DNA of 64,000 nt from Acidimicrobiia bacterium. Its GTDB lineage: Bacteria > Actinomycetota > Acidimicrobiia > Acidimicrobiales > Poriferisodalaceae. This document shows, piece by piece, positions 1 through 9,457 of this stretch. The stretch spans positions 2,998-66,997 of the forward strand of contig JAJDVQ010000048.1 of assembly GCA_022826045.1 (NCBI GenBank). Reading direction: 5' to 3'. The notes under the pieces were generated by a model, which saw only the letters and a list, made by a program, of their open reading frames with translations, was not told where the DNA came from and made no database searches. The first letter of the stretch is position 1. Every line of letters starts with the position of its first letter. Both the position numbers and the translations under genes were made by a program.

Positions 1-360
1 GTCGCTTACGTGGTCGGCGTTGCGAGCCGCAGCCGGCGGCGGAATCCGTGTCGGCAGGCGAACGGGCAAGTCCACGCCTGCCGCCTGCGCTTCTGCCATG
101 TCGACGAGCGCCGTCAGCGATAGGCCCAAGGCTCGGGCGAGGCGGTACGCCGACTCCACGCTCAGGTGGCGCTCACCGCGCTCGACGAGGCCGAGGTGCG
201 TGCGGTGCTTGCCTGCCTCGTCCGCGAGCTCAGCCAGCGACCAGCCCCGCTGGTCGCGCAGGCTGCTCACCACAGTGCCGACGGCGCGCGCCACCGCGCG
301 TGCCGTCTCGGCCTCCTCGTCATCTGCACTGGGCGCCACGGTGCCCGAGCCTAAATCCAC
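1..360 (-). CDS. XRE-family helix-turn-helix transcriptional regulator, N-terminal part (gene continues beyond window start)
   Basis: Own minus-strand translation from GTG at 360: VDLGSGTVAPSADDEEAETARAVARAVGTVVSSLRDQRGWSLAELADEAGKHRTHLGLVERGERHLSVESAYRLARALGLSLTALVDMAEAQ... This is a Cro/C1-type HTH signature. The frame stays open to nt 1, so it is absent from the ORF track. Exact start uncertain. Confidence 0.6.
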   Translation of the reverse strand, partial: MDLGSGTVAPSADDEEAETARAVARAVGTVVSSLRDQRGWSLAELADEAGKHRTHLGLVERGERHLSVESAYRLARALGLSLTALVDMAEAQAAGVDLPVRLPTRIPPPAAARNADHVSD

Positions 361-369
361 CCATATTCC

Positions 370-397
370 ATTCGGCGAGACTATAGTCTCGCCGAAT
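370..397. promoter_or_regulatory. Perfect 28-bp palindrome ATTCGGCGAGACTA|TAGTCTCGCCGAAT in the divergent XRE/methyltransferase intergenic region; candidate operator
   Basis: Read directly; the two 14-nt arms are exact reverse complements. Lies between the minus-strand start (360) and the plus-strand start (428). Confidence 0.6.
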
Positions 398-427
398 GCG
401 CGATAGTTCGGTGACAAGGTAGGTGCA

Positions 428-1636
428 GTGGCTCCGCTCAAAATCATGGACCTGTTCTCTGGCACGGGAGGATTCTCGAAGGGCTTCGAGGATGCGGGGG
501 CGTTCGAGGTCGTGTACGGAATTGACATGCTCCCCGAGGCGATTGCCACGTTTCGCTTGAATCATCCGCGGGCGGTGACCTTCACTGACGACATCAGAGA
601 AGTGCGACTCGGTGTCGTTGCCGAGAAGACTGGCTTGGCGCGCGGCGAAGTTGACGTCATTGTCGGAGGACCACCGTGCCAAGGATTCTCATCGATTAGG
701 CCGTTTCGCTCGATGACTGAGGACGATCCTCGGAACAGTCTCTTTGAAGAGTTTGCATCCTATGTCAACTATTTTCGGCCGGCAGTCTTTGTCATGGAGA
801 ACGTAGTTGGCCTCGCTACCTACAAGAACGGTACGACCATAGAGCAGATTGAGTGTTGCTTTTCTGAACTCGGTTACGACGTAGATTGGAGAGTCCTCAA
901 CGCGGCCCACTTCGGAGTGCCGCAAAAGCGCGAGCGTCTCATTATGATTGGCGCGTTAGAAGGCATGAGCCTCAGCTTTCCGAAGCCCACGCACGCGGGC
1001 GTTTTCCGTACGATCGGCCTACGTGAACGGCATCGCATCTTGGCACCGGCCGAGAATAATGGCATCGTATCTCTCTTTGAAGAAGACGACATCAAACTTC
1101 CAAGGGCCGTTACCGTGATGGAGGCAATTGGTGATCTTCCTTGGTTAGCTGCGGGCGAGCAGGCCGAAATCTATTGCGAGGATCCTCAAACCGACTACCA
1201 GAAGCAACGACGCGCGCGATCCACATGTTTGGAGTGGCATGTCGCCACTGCACACTCGAGCCGAATGTTGGAGATCATTAGACATTCGGGCTCAAATATC
1301 AATTCGGTGCCGGGCCATCTAATCTCCTCTGGGTTTTCGTCATGTTATTCCCGGCTTGAACCAGACGAGCCTTCGGTCACAATCACGGTGAACTTTGTAC
1401 ACCCAGCTTCAAACAAGTGCATTCACCCGCATCAGGATCGAGCTTTGACAATTCGCGAAGGCGCGAGACTTCAATCGTTTGACGACGACTTCAGGTTCAC
1501 AGGCAACAGAACTAAGATCGCAAAGCAGATCGGCAACGCGGTTCCGCCACTTCTCGGACGCGCTATCGCGCAATCGGTGCAGCAGATGTTTGGGATGAGC
1601 GCCGGCTGTGAAGCACGCCGTGAAGTGGCCGCTTGA
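428..1636 (+). CDS. DNA (cytosine-5)-methyltransferase
   Basis: 402-aa ORF with canonical C5-MTase motifs: DLFSGTGGFSKGF (I), GGPPCQGFS (IV, catalytic Cys), ENV (VI), QKRERL (VIII), IGNAVPP (X). GTG start at 428 preceded by AAGGTAGG; alternative ATG at 446. Visibly lower G+C than neighbours. Confidence 0.9.
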   Translation: MAPLKIMDLFSGTGGFSKGFEDAGAFEVVYGIDMLPEAIATFRLNHPRAVTFTDDIREVRLGVVAEKTGLARGEVDVIVGGPPCQGFSSIRPFRSMTEDDPRNSLFEEFASYVNYFRPAVFVMENVVGLATYKNGTTIEQIECCFSELGYDVDWRVLNAAHFGVPQKRERLIMIGALEGMSLSFPKPTHAGVFRTIGLRERHRILAPAENNGIVSLFEEDDIKLPRAVTVMEAIGDLPWLAAGEQAEIYCEDPQTDYQKQRRARSTCLEWHVATAHSSRMLEIIRHSGSNINSVPGHLISSGFSSCYSRLEPDEPSVTITVNFVHPASNKCIHPHQDRALTIREGARLQSFDDDFRFTGNRTKIAKQIGNAVPPLLGRAIAQSVQQMFGMSAGCEARREVAA

Positions 1637-1690
1637 CTCAACCTCATACGACCATCTTCGGAGTATCGAGTCGCCTCGATACGTCGGCGC

Positions 1691-3001
1691 TCAGTCCTCG
1701 CCGGTGCGCAGCCAGGCGTCGCCTCTGAAGCGGACCCACTGCGGCGCAGCGCGAAAGAACATGAACAGGGTGAGCGCCGCCCACAGCCAGCCGATGCCCA
1801 GATCCAGGATGCGTACCGCGCCGCCGACAATCGCGAAACCTGCAGCGGCGCCGGCCATCGCCCGTGCCAGAAAGCCCAAGTCGCTGGCGCCGATGAAGAT
1901 GCCGTCGAAGGCGAAGGCGGCGGCATTGACGGGCTGCGCGACCGCCACGAACAGCAGGATGAAGCCGCTGAGCGCGACGACAGCAGGGTCGTTGCTGAAG
2001 ATCGATGCCAGCGGTCCGCGCAGCAGCACGAGTGCCAGCCCGAATACCGCGCTGAGCTGGATGCTCATGCCGATCATGCGGACGCTGGCTGCGCGAGCCA
2101 CGTCGGGTCGGCTGGCGCCGAGTTCCTTGGCCACCATGGCCTGACCAGCAATCGCCACTGCGTCGAGGGCGAGCGAGAAGAACGACCAGATCTGCACGCC
2201 GATCTCGTGCGATGCCACCTCGGTGGTGCCGATACGGGCCGCGAATACCGCAGCCAGCACGAACGCGCCCCGCAACGATGCCGTGCGCACGAACATCTGG
2301 GCGCCGACACGGGCGTAACGCCACGCCGCAGAAGCAACGAGCCGCAGCCGCGCGCCGACCGCCCGAACGTGGCGATGGACGGCGACGGCGAAGGCCAGGG
2401 CGGCACCCCACTGTGCGATGACCGTCGACCATGCCGCGCCGGCGATGCCCATGTCGAGCTCGAACACCAGCACGAGCTCGATCAGCAAGTTCCCCGCCGC
2501 TGAAGCGACGGCGATCACAAGGGGGGTGACCGTGTCCTGGGTGCCCCGCAGGTAACCCGTCGCCGCCATGCCCGCCAGCAATCCGGTAAAGCCGATGAGG
2601 CTGATCCTCAGGTACGTGAGCGCGTGATCAGCGACTTCGGGGGTCGGGTCGAACACATCGACGAGATAGCCCGAGCCGGCCCACATGCCCAGGCTGAACA
2701 CCACGCCCAGCCCGATCGACAGCCACATGCCGGCGATGCCCTGCTCGGCTGCTCGCCGCAGCGATCCGGCCCCCACCAGCCGGCCGACGAGGCCGGTCGT
2801 GCCATAGGCGAGGAAGATCAGAATTGCGTGAGCACTCAGCAGGATGGCCGACGCAATGGCCAGCCCCGCCAGCTCGGGCGTGCCGAGTCTCCCGACGATC
2901 GCCCGGTCGGTGAGCACATACAGCGGCTCGGCGATCAGCGCGCCGAACGCCGGCACTGCGAGCAGCAGTATCTCCCGGTCGTAGACCGTGCGTCGAAACA
3001 C
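1691..3001 (-). CDS. MATE-family efflux transporter
   Basis: 436-aa polytopic membrane ORF. N-terminus ...EILLLAVPAFGALIAEPLYVLTDRAIVGRLGTPELAGLAIA... is typical of MATE/DinF-like proteins. Confidence 0.85.
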   Translation of the reverse strand: MFRRTVYDREILLLAVPAFGALIAEPLYVLTDRAIVGRLGTPELAGLAIASAILLSAHAILIFLAYGTTGLVGRLVGAGSLRRAAEQGIAGMWLSIGLGVVFSLGMWAGSGYLVDVFDPTPEVADHALTYLRISLIGFTGLLAGMAATGYLRGTQDTVTPLVIAVASAAGNLLIELVLVFELDMGIAGAAWSTVIAQWGAALAFAVAVHRHVRAVGARLRLVASAAWRYARVGAQMFVRTASLRGAFVLAAVFAARIGTTEVASHEIGVQIWSFFSLALDAVAIAGQAMVAKELGASRPDVARAASVRMIGMSIQLSAVFGLALVLLRGPLASIFSNDPAVVALSGFILLFVAVAQPVNAAAFAFDGIFIGASDLGFLARAMAGAAAGFAIVGGAVRILDLGIGWLWAALTLFMFFRAAPQWVRFRGDAWLRTGED

Positions 3002-3035
3002 GGCTACCTCCAGGGCACGGTCGACGCTGGGTGCA

Positions 3036-4376
3036 TCATCCGGCGAGGCGCCACACGCCGCTCTCGATGTCGATCACATACAGCTCGCCGGCGGTGTCCA
3101 CGCCGAAGCCGACGGGTCGGGGTGTGCTGACGCCCAGACTCCACACCTCGTCGGGCTCCGCACCGGGCTGCACGGCGACTGCGTAGATGTCGCCCCCGCA
3201 GAGATCGGCGAACACGTAGCGCCCGGTCAGCCACTCCAGCTCGCTGCCGCGGTAGACGTGCCCGCCGATGACCGCGCAGAGGCCGCGCCCGTGCCGGTAC
3301 TCGAAATCGGGCTCGCGATGGTTGTCCAGCTCGGCGCCGACGAACCGGCGGCTGCCCTCATAGGAGTTCCAGCCCAGGTTGGCCCCGGCCTCGTCAAGCC
3401 CGAGGACGGTCACCTCCTCCATGCACTGCTGGCCGACATCGGCGACCCACAGCGCGCCGGTCATCGCGTCGAGAGAGATCTGGAACGGGTTGCGGGCGCC
3501 GTAGACCCAGATGCGCGGATCGCTGGCGGCGCCCAGGTCCGGATTTCCCGGAGCCGGCACCAGACGCCAGTCGCCTGCGTCGCTGCTGCCGCGGTCCTCG
3601 ACGGCGAAACGCAGGATCGCGCCGAGGGGCGTGGTGAGATTCTGACCGTGGTGATGGGGGTCGCCGAGGCCGCCGCCGTCGCCGAATGACACATACAGCA
3701 GCCCGTCCGGCCCGAACACCAGGGCGCCGCCGTTGTGCTGGGCATTCGTCTGAGGCACTGCCAGCAGATCGGCGAACTCGCCCTGCAGCCCCGAGCGGTC
3801 GTCTCGGGGCGTCAGCACGGTCACCACGCTGTCCCCGTGCCGGTCGGTGCGGTTGATCCACAGCCGCCCGTTCGGCCCGACGGTCATGCCGACCAGTCCC
3901 TGGTCGTGCTCGGCTGCTGTATTCGACGAGAAATCTGCCGCCGGTCCGTCACCGAGCACCGCAGTTCGGTTTCCATCGACCTCGAAGCGCCAGATGCGTC
4001 CCCGGCGGTCGCCGACAAAGCCGCCGCCGCGGCGGGACCCGCCGGCTGTCGTCGGATCGAACACCATCACGGTGGCCTCGGGCACGTCCAGGAACGGTTC
4101 CAGGGTCACGGTGCGCCCGAGAGCGGCCTCCGCGACCCCAACGGCCCCGATCTCGGGAAGGCCTGCGGGACACGGTGTGTTGGACGCCACGTATTCGGGC
4201 GTCTGGGTGAGCGGCAGCGTCGTGGCCGGCTCGGCCAAGGCGGTTGCGCCGCCGCCCGCCGGATTGTCGATTGCCGGATCTGTGCGGTCGTCGATGCCCG
4301 AGCATCCGGTCGCTGCGGCCCCGGCCGCCATCGCCACAGCACAGGCCACGAGGCTGAACAGCCGTCTGCGGGGCAC
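3036..4376 (-). CDS. PQQ-dependent sugar (glucose/sorbosone) dehydrogenase-like beta-propeller lipoprotein
   Basis: C-terminal 446 codons of the 1028-aa track ORF. GTG start gives VPRRRLFSLVACAVAMAAGAAATGCSG (signal peptide plus lipobox). Motifs AQHNGGALVFGPDGLLYVSFGDGG and GARNPFQISLD are typical of soluble PQQ dehydrogenases. The upstream 580 codons are antisense to ilvB and were discarded. Confidence 0.8.
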   Translation of the reverse strand: MPRRRLFSLVACAVAMAAGAAATGCSGIDDRTDPAIDNPAGGGATALAEPATTLPLTQTPEYVASNTPCPAGLPEIGAVGVAEAALGRTVTLEPFLDVPEATVMVFDPTTAGGSRRGGGFVGDRRGRIWRFEVDGNRTAVLGDGPAADFSSNTAAEHDQGLVGMTVGPNGRLWINRTDRHGDSVVTVLTPRDDRSGLQGEFADLLAVPQTNAQHNGGALVFGPDGLLYVSFGDGGGLGDPHHHGQNLTTPLGAILRFAVEDRGSSDAGDWRLVPAPGNPDLGAASDPRIWVYGARNPFQISLDAMTGALWVADVGQQCMEEVTVLGLDEAGANLGWNSYEGSRRFVGAELDNHREPDFEYRHGRGLCAVIGGHVYRGSELEWLTGRYVFADLCGGDIYAVAVQPGAEPDEVWSLGVSTPRPVGFGVDTAGELYVIDIESGVWRLAG

Positions 4377-4478
4377 CCGGTCAATGTACGCCCGCTCGGT
4401 GGGCTGGGAGCCAGATTCCGGCCGCTGACGGGCACCCTCAAGGTTGTGCCTGCCCGATGAGCACGACAGAATGAGCCG

Positions 4479-4529
4479 ATGCGCACGCCAGCACACTTGC
4501 TCGAGTGCGCCTTGGGGGTACTTGTCTAG
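4479..4529 (+). CDS. Candidate ilvB leader peptide (16 aa, MRTPAHLLECALGVLV)
   Basis: Own translation. Short ORF ending 28 nt before a terminator hairpin and upstream of ilvB. 4 Leu and 2 Val in 16 codons, clustered at the C-terminus. Weak Shine-Dalgarno. Confidence 0.3.
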   Translation: MRTPAHLLECALGVLV

Positions 4530-4556
4530 GCGAGCCCGTCTCGACGCGCTCGCCCT

Positions 4557-4586
4557 GCCTCCCGCTCGGGAGGCGCTTTTGTTTGT
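4557..4586 (+). terminator. Intrinsic-terminator-like hairpin (GCCTCCC-GCTC-GGGAGGC followed by GCTTTTGTTTGT) in the ilvB 5' leader; putative attenuator
   Basis: Read directly. 7-bp G+C stem, 4-nt loop, T-rich tail, about 28 nt upstream of the ilvB ATG. A second hairpin, GGCGAGC(4529-4535)/GCTCGCC(4548-4554), lies immediately upstream and could be an alternative structure. Confidence 0.5.
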
Positions 4587-4613
4587 GGACGCAGATTGTT
4601 CAGGAGAGAATCG

Positions 4614-6368
4614 ATGGAGCTGACCGGCGCTCAGGCCTTGATGCGAAGCCTCGAGATGAGCGGTGTCGAGGTGATGTTCGGCCTGCCCGGCGGCGCGATC
4701 CTTCCGGTGTACGACCCCGTCCTGGATTCGCCGATCCGTCATGTGCTGGTCCGCCACGAGCAGGGCGCGGGCCACATGGCTCAGGGCTACGCCCACGTCA
4801 CCGGCAAGCCCGGCGTTGCGATGGTCACCAGCGGCCCGGCAGCCACCAACATCGTGACGCCGCTGTGCGACGCCTTCATGGACTCGATCCCCCTGGTGGT
4901 GGTCACCGGCCAGGTGGCCATGTCGGCCATCGGCTCGGATGCCTTCCAGGAGTGCGACACCACCGGCATCACCATGGCGGTCACCAAGCACAACTACCTC
5001 GTGACTGACCCTGCCGACATCCCGCGCATCGTGGCCGAGGCATTTCACATCGCCACGACGGGACGACCCGGCCCCGTGCTGATCGACCTGCCCAAGGACG
5101 TCAGCAACGCGATGATGACGTGGTACTGGCCTGACAGCGTCGAACTGCCGGGGTACCGGCCCCGCCATGAGGTCGATCCGGCAGCCATCGCCGAAGCTGC
5201 GCAGCTCATCCGCGCAGCCGAGCGCCCGGTCATCTACGCCGGCGGCGGACTGCTGAAGGCCCGCGCGGCGGAAGCCCTGCGTGAGCTCGCCGAGATGTGC
5301 GACATCCATGTGGTGACGACGCTGATGGCGCGTGGCGTCTTTCCCGACAGCCACCGGCTGTGCCTCGGGATGCCCGGCATGCACGGCAACTACACCGCGG
5401 TGACGGCGATGCAGCAGGCCGACCTGCTCATCAACCTCGGTGCGCGCTTCGACGACCGGGTCACCGGCAATCCAGCACACTTCGCCCCGAACGCGAAGGT
5501 CATTCACGTCGACATCGACCCAGCCGAGCACGGCAAGGTACGAGTGCCCGAGGTGGCGATCGCCGGTGACGCCAAGGTCGCGATCGAAGCGCTGATCGAG
5601 GCGCTGCGTCCCGGCGACGGCAGCGCGGTCGCCGACGCCCTCGCAGATCGCTCCGCGTGGAAGTCGACCGTCTCGGGCTGGCAGGAGCAGTTCCCGCTGC
5701 AATATGACCAGCCGTCGGGCGGTTACCCCCTCAAGCCGCAGTTCGTGGTGGAGCAGCTGCGTGATCACACCCCCGACGACACGATCGTCGTGGCGGGCGT
5801 GGGCCAGCACCAGATGTGGGCGAGCCAGTTCTGGCAATTCGACTACCCGTACACTTGGGTGAATTCCGGCGGCTTGGGAACGATGGGATTCGCAGTGCCC
5901 GCAGCAATCGGCGCCAAGGTGGGCCAGCCGGACCGGACCGTGTGGGCCATCGACGGAGACGGCTGCTTCCAGATGACTGCGCAGGAGCTGATCTCTGCCA
6001 GCGCCGAGAACATCCCGGTCAAGGTGGGCATCCTCAACAACGCCTACTTGGGCATGGTGCGCCAGTGGCAGGAGCTCTTCTACGCCGAGCGGTACAGCGA
6101 GGTGTACCTCAGCGCCGACCATCCCGACTACGTGGGCTGGGCCGAAGCCATGGGCTGCGTGGGCATCCGGGTGGAATCCGCGGAAGAAGTGGTGCCTGCC
6201 ATCACCAAGGCGAATGCCATCAACGACCGCCCGGTGGTGGTCGATTTCCGCGTCGACACCGAGGAGAAGGTGTACCCGATGGTGCCGGCCGGCGGCTCCA
6301 ACGACGACATCATCCTCGGTCCCGAGGGCGACGCCGATGCAGCGCTGAAGGGTTCGGCGCCGTCGTGA
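4614..6368 (+). CDS. ilvB: Acetolactate synthase (acetohydroxy-acid synthase) large subunit
   Basis: [35 protein letters not shown]... ThDP-enzyme family with full-length similarity to IlvB. ATG at 4614 preceded by AGGAGA; the track ORF starts at an upstream TTG (4596). Confidence 0.95.
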   Translation: MELTGAQALMRSLEMSGVEVMFGLPGGAILPVYDPVLDSPIRHVLVRHEQGAGHMAQGYAHVTGKPGVAMVTSGPAATNIVTPLCDAFMDSIPLVVVTGQVAMSAIGSDAFQECDTTGITMAVTKHNYLVTDPADIPRIVAEAFHIATTGRPGPVLIDLPKDVSNAMMTWYWPDSVELPGYRPRHEVDPAAIAEAAQLIRAAERPVIYAGGGLLKARAAEALRELAEMCDIHVVTTLMARGVFPDSHRLCLGMPGMHGNYTAVTAMQQADLLINLGARFDDRVTGNPAHFAPNAKVIHVDIDPAEHGKVRVPEVAIAGDAKVAIEALIEALRPGDGSAVADALADRSAWKSTVSGWQEQFPLQYDQPSGGYPLKPQFVVEQLRDHTPDDTIVVAGVGQHQMWASQFWQFDYPYTWVNSGGLGTMGFAVPAAIGAKVGQPDRTVWAIDGDGCFQMTAQELISASAENIPVKVGILNNAYLGMVRQWQELFYAERYSEVYLSADHPDYVGWAEAMGCVGIRVESAEEVVPAITKANAINDRPVVVDFRVDTEEKVYPMVPAGGSNDDIILGPEGDADAALKGSAPS

Positions 6369-6408
6369 GCGGCGCGCAAAGCGATAGTGCCGTCGTGAGC
6401 GGCGCGCA
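6359..6408 (+). repeat. 30-bp-period direct repeat; 20-nt exact core GCCGTCGTGAGCGGCGCGCA x2 (6359-6378 and 6389-6408)
   Basis: Read directly. Spans the ilvB stop/ilvN start junction and is in frame (10 codons). Confidence 0.8.
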
Positions 6409-6964
6409 GGGCACGAGCCTGTCGCCTGAGGAAACTGCGGTAGTGAGCCTGCCGCAGGAGCCGGACCTGCACATCTTCGCGGCCATCGTGGAGAACAAGT
6501 TCGGCGTGCTGGCGAGAATCGCCGGGCTGTTCAGCCGGCGCGGCTTCAACATTTTCTCGCTGGCAGTGGCCCCGACGGACGATCCGGCCTACAGCCGCAT
6601 CACGATCGTGGTCGACGTCCGCAACACCGACGTCGACCAGATCGCGAAGCAGCTCGACAAGCTCGTCAACGTGGTCAACATCAGCGAGCTGCACCCTTCC
6701 GACTCGCTCGAACGCGAGCTGATGCTGGCCCGTGTCGGCGCCGCCGACCTCGGAGCCGTCACCGATGTGATCTCCGAATACGGCGGGGAAGTGCTCGACC
6801 ACGCCGACGGCGAGGCCATTGTGAGCGTGAGCGCCCATCCAGACCGGCTCGACCGGTGCGAGCGCCAACTGCGCCCGTTCGGTCTGCATGTGCTGCAGCG
6901 CACGGGCCGCATTGCGCTGCGGGCACTCGATGCCGATGAACCGGCTGTCGGCATGACCGCCTGA
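6365..6964 (+). CDS. ilvN: Acetolactate synthase small (regulatory) subunit
   Basis: ...[49 protein letters not shown]... ACT-domain IlvN signature. GTG at 6365 overlaps the ilvB stop (GTGA). Alternative in-frame GTGs at 6392/6395 and about 6437. Confidence 0.85.
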   Translation: MSGAQSDSAVVSGAQGTSLSPEETAVVSLPQEPDLHIFAAIVENKFGVLARIAGLFSRRGFNIFSLAVAPTDDPAYSRITIVVDVRNTDVDQIAKQLDKLVNVVNISELHPSDSLERELMLARVGAADLGAVTDVISEYGGEVLDHADGEAIVSVSAHPDRLDRCERQLRPFGLHVLQRTGRIALRALDADEPAVGMTA

Positions 6965-7010
6965 GGCTGGCAGACTCCCGCCAACGCTGACTCGGAGAGG
7001 AACGACACGA

Positions 7011-8048
7011 ATGCCCGCGACCATCTATTACGAAGAAGACGCAGACCTCAGCCAGCTCGCTGGCCGCACGGTGGCGGTCATGGGCTACGGCTCGCAGGGT
7101 CACGCTCACGCCCTGAACCTGCGCGACAGCGGCGTGGACGTCGTGGTGGGACTGCGGGAAGGCTCGTCGTCTCGCGCCAAGGCAGAGGCCGAGGGCCTGC
7201 GCGTCGCCGATGTGGCGGGTGCCGCTGCCCAAGCCGACATCGTCATGATGGCGCTGCCCGACACCGACCAGGCCGCCATCTACGGCGAGTCGATCGCGCC
7301 GAATCTGCAGCCGGGCAACGCGATCGCGTTCTCACACGGCTTCAACATCCACTTCGGCCAGATCAGCCCGCCTGCCGACGTGGACGTGTGGATGATCGCC
7401 CCCAAGGGACCGGGCCACAACGTCCGGCGCACCTACGTCGAGGGCGGCGGCGTCCCGGCGCTCGTGGCGATTCACCAGGACGCCAGCGGGCAAGCGCTGG
7501 CCGACGCGCTGGCCTATGCCAAGGGCATCGGCGGCACACGGGGCGGCGTGCTCACCACCACGTTCGCCGAGGAGACCGAGACCGACCTGTTCGGCGAGCA
7601 GGTGGTGCTCTGCGGCGGCCTGACCGAGCTGATCCGGGCCGGATACGAGACGCTGGTCGAAGCGGGGTACCAGCCCGAGTCGGCCTACTTCGAGACGCTG
7701 CATGAGGTGAAGCTGATCGTCGACTTCATCTACGAGGCCGGCATCTCGGGCATGCGCTACTCGATCTCGACCACCGCCGAGTACGGGGACATGACCCGGG
7801 GTGCACGCATCATCACCGACGAGACCCGCGCCGAGATGAAGCGCATTCTCGCCGAGATCCAGGACGGCAGCTTCGCCCGGGAGTGGATCGACGAGAACCG
7901 CAACGGGCTGCCCAACTACCGCCGCATGGTCGAGGAGGGCAAGCAGCATCCGATCGAGCAGGTCGGTGCTGAGCTGCGGGCGATGATGCCGTGGATCACC
8001 GCGGGACGCCAGGACGTGACCGCGGCCTCAGGCGGCGCCGTTTCCTGA
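7011..8048 (+). CDS. ilvC: Ketol-acid reductoisomerase
   Basis: [52 protein letters not shown]... class I KARI. Confidence 0.95.
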   Translation: MPATIYYEEDADLSQLAGRTVAVMGYGSQGHAHALNLRDSGVDVVVGLREGSSSRAKAEAEGLRVADVAGAAAQADIVMMALPDTDQAAIYGESIAPNLQPGNAIAFSHGFNIHFGQISPPADVDVWMIAPKGPGHNVRRTYVEGGGVPALVAIHQDASGQALADALAYAKGIGGTRGGVLTTTFAEETETDLFGEQVVLCGGLTELIRAGYETLVEAGYQPESAYFETLHEVKLIVDFIYEAGISGMRYSISTTAEYGDMTRGARIITDETRAEMKRILAEIQDGSFAREWIDENRNGLPNYRRMVEEGKQHPIEQVGAELRAMMPWITAGRQDVTAASGGAVS

Positions 8049-8078
8049 CCCGCCGGAACACGGTGGCAGAATCGAGGC

Positions 8079-8702
8079 GTGGTCGAAGTTATCGCGACGC
8101 CGGTGCGAGTGCCTCGGGCGGGTGACCTGCTGGTCGCGACGCCGCGCCTGGTCGACCCCAGCTTCGATCGCACGGTGGTGTTCGTGATCGAGCATCAAGA
8201 GGCGGGCACGCTCGGCGTTGTCATCAACCGTAACTCGGAGATCTCGTGCGCGGCTGCGGTTCCGCGCTGGGCGCCTCGCTTCTCCGAAGGGGCTGCGGTC
8301 GGGCTCGGCGGACCGGTGGAGCCACAAGGCCTGCTGGCCCTGGGAACGACCCTGGCCCCGCCCGCCGCACATGAGCGGACGCCTCCCAGCGCCACAGGCG
8401 AATCGTCTGATGCCGGCGGTGTCTGGCGCTCGGTCACCAGGGGAGTGGGTCTCGTGGACCTCACGGCCGATCCCTCAGACCTCGGCACCGAGGTCGTCGC
8501 AGTGCGCATCTACGGAGGGCACGCCGGCTGGGGTCCCGGCCAGCTGCGAGGAGAACTTGAGGCCGGGTGCTGGTGGGTGTTCGATGCCGTGCCAGGCGAC
8601 CTCACCGCCGACGCTGCCGCCCTCTGGTACGACGTGCTGGCGCGCCAGGCTCCGCCCGCCTGCCTGCTGTCCCAGTATCCCGACGGCCCATCGCTGAATT
8701 AG
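8079..8702 (+). CDS. YqgE/AlgH-family protein (UPF0301)
   Basis: LLVATPRLVDPSFDRTVVFVIEHQEAGTLGVVINR...GGPVEPQG matches the YqgE/AlgH signature. Confidence 0.8.
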   Translation: MVEVIATPVRVPRAGDLLVATPRLVDPSFDRTVVFVIEHQEAGTLGVVINRNSEISCAAAVPRWAPRFSEGAAVGLGGPVEPQGLLALGTTLAPPAAHERTPPSATGESSDAGGVWRSVTRGVGLVDLTADPSDLGTEVVAVRIYGGHAGWGPGQLRGELEAGCWWVFDAVPGDLTADAAALWYDVLARQAPPACLLSQYPDGPSLN

Positions 8703-8771
8703 TCGTCGGCTCTTCGGCGTTGCGCCGGAACGGGTGTTGTTGAGCGCGCTAGGTTCGCACACGATTGCGCA

Positions 8772-9317
8772 GTGCAGCGGCAGCCACAGCAGGGGTCACT
8801 GATGAGCGAGTACAGCGAGCCCCCATCCCACGATGGCAACCGACGAACTGGCTGGGCTGAACTTGGAACCGGCGAAACTGTTGAGTTGGCCCGAATCGGC
8901 GCTCGATTCGGCGCCCGCGTGCTCGACACGATCATCTTGGCTGCGGTCCTCATTGCCTTCCTCTTGTTTTATGGCTCAATGTCGAGTGCCAGCGACGCGT
9001 CTGTTTTCTCGACCTTCGGTGTGGCGAGCCTCATTGTCAGCATCATCTTCGGTGTGGGCTACGAGGTGGTGCAGATCGCTTTGTGGGGCCAGACCTTGGG
9101 CAAGCGAATGGTCGGCATCAGCGTGATCCACGCAACACACGGCGGCTTGCCCGGCTGGGGCAAGGCATTCGGTCGATATGCGATTCCCGCGTTGCTCGCG
9201 GGGATCCCCGTGGTGGGCTGGATCCTGTCAGTCCTCTGCTACGTGAGTGCAACGTGGGATCGCGTCTATCAAGGCTGGCACGACAAGGCAGCAGGCACCC
9301 TTGTCGTGAGCACCTGA
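8772..9317 (+). CDS. RDD-family membrane protein
   Basis: GARFGARVLDTIILAAVL...GQTLGKRMVGISVI...WDRVYQGWHDKAAGTLVV; RDD-domain pattern with 3 TM segments. Alternative start ATG about 8802. Confidence 0.75.
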   Translation: MQRQPQQGSLMSEYSEPPSHDGNRRTGWAELGTGETVELARIGARFGARVLDTIILAAVLIAFLLFYGSMSSASDASVFSTFGVASLIVSIIFGVGYEVVQIALWGQTLGKRMVGISVIHATHGGLPGWGKAFGRYAIPALLAGIPVVGWILSVLCYVSATWDRVYQGWHDKAAGTLVVST

Positions 9318-9457
9318 GCAGGCCGTCCACCCGGCTGGGATGGTGAAAGCGGCGCCGGCGGGCTGCTGCAACAGTCGCTGTTCGGCGGCTGGGCAACGCA
9401 CTGGCCGGTGACCTTGCATCGCTTGTCCGGCGGATTGGGCACTCTTTGGGCACCTTG

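Noticed and set aside
1664-1681. Hairpin TATCGAG-TCGC-CTCGATA between the convergent methyltransferase and MATE genes as a bidirectional terminator
   Set aside because: The stem is only 7 bp with a mixed A/T content and there is no flanking T/A tract on either strand. This is too weak to call.
4377-6122. N-terminal ~580 codons of the 1028-aa minus-strand track ORF (3036..6122)
   Set aside because: It is antisense to ilvB, whose identity is unambiguous. The translated sequence is Arg/Gly/His/Asp-rich low-information text typical of open antisense frames in high-G+C DNA. Only the part downstream of the signal peptide/lipobox (3036-4376) is a real gene.
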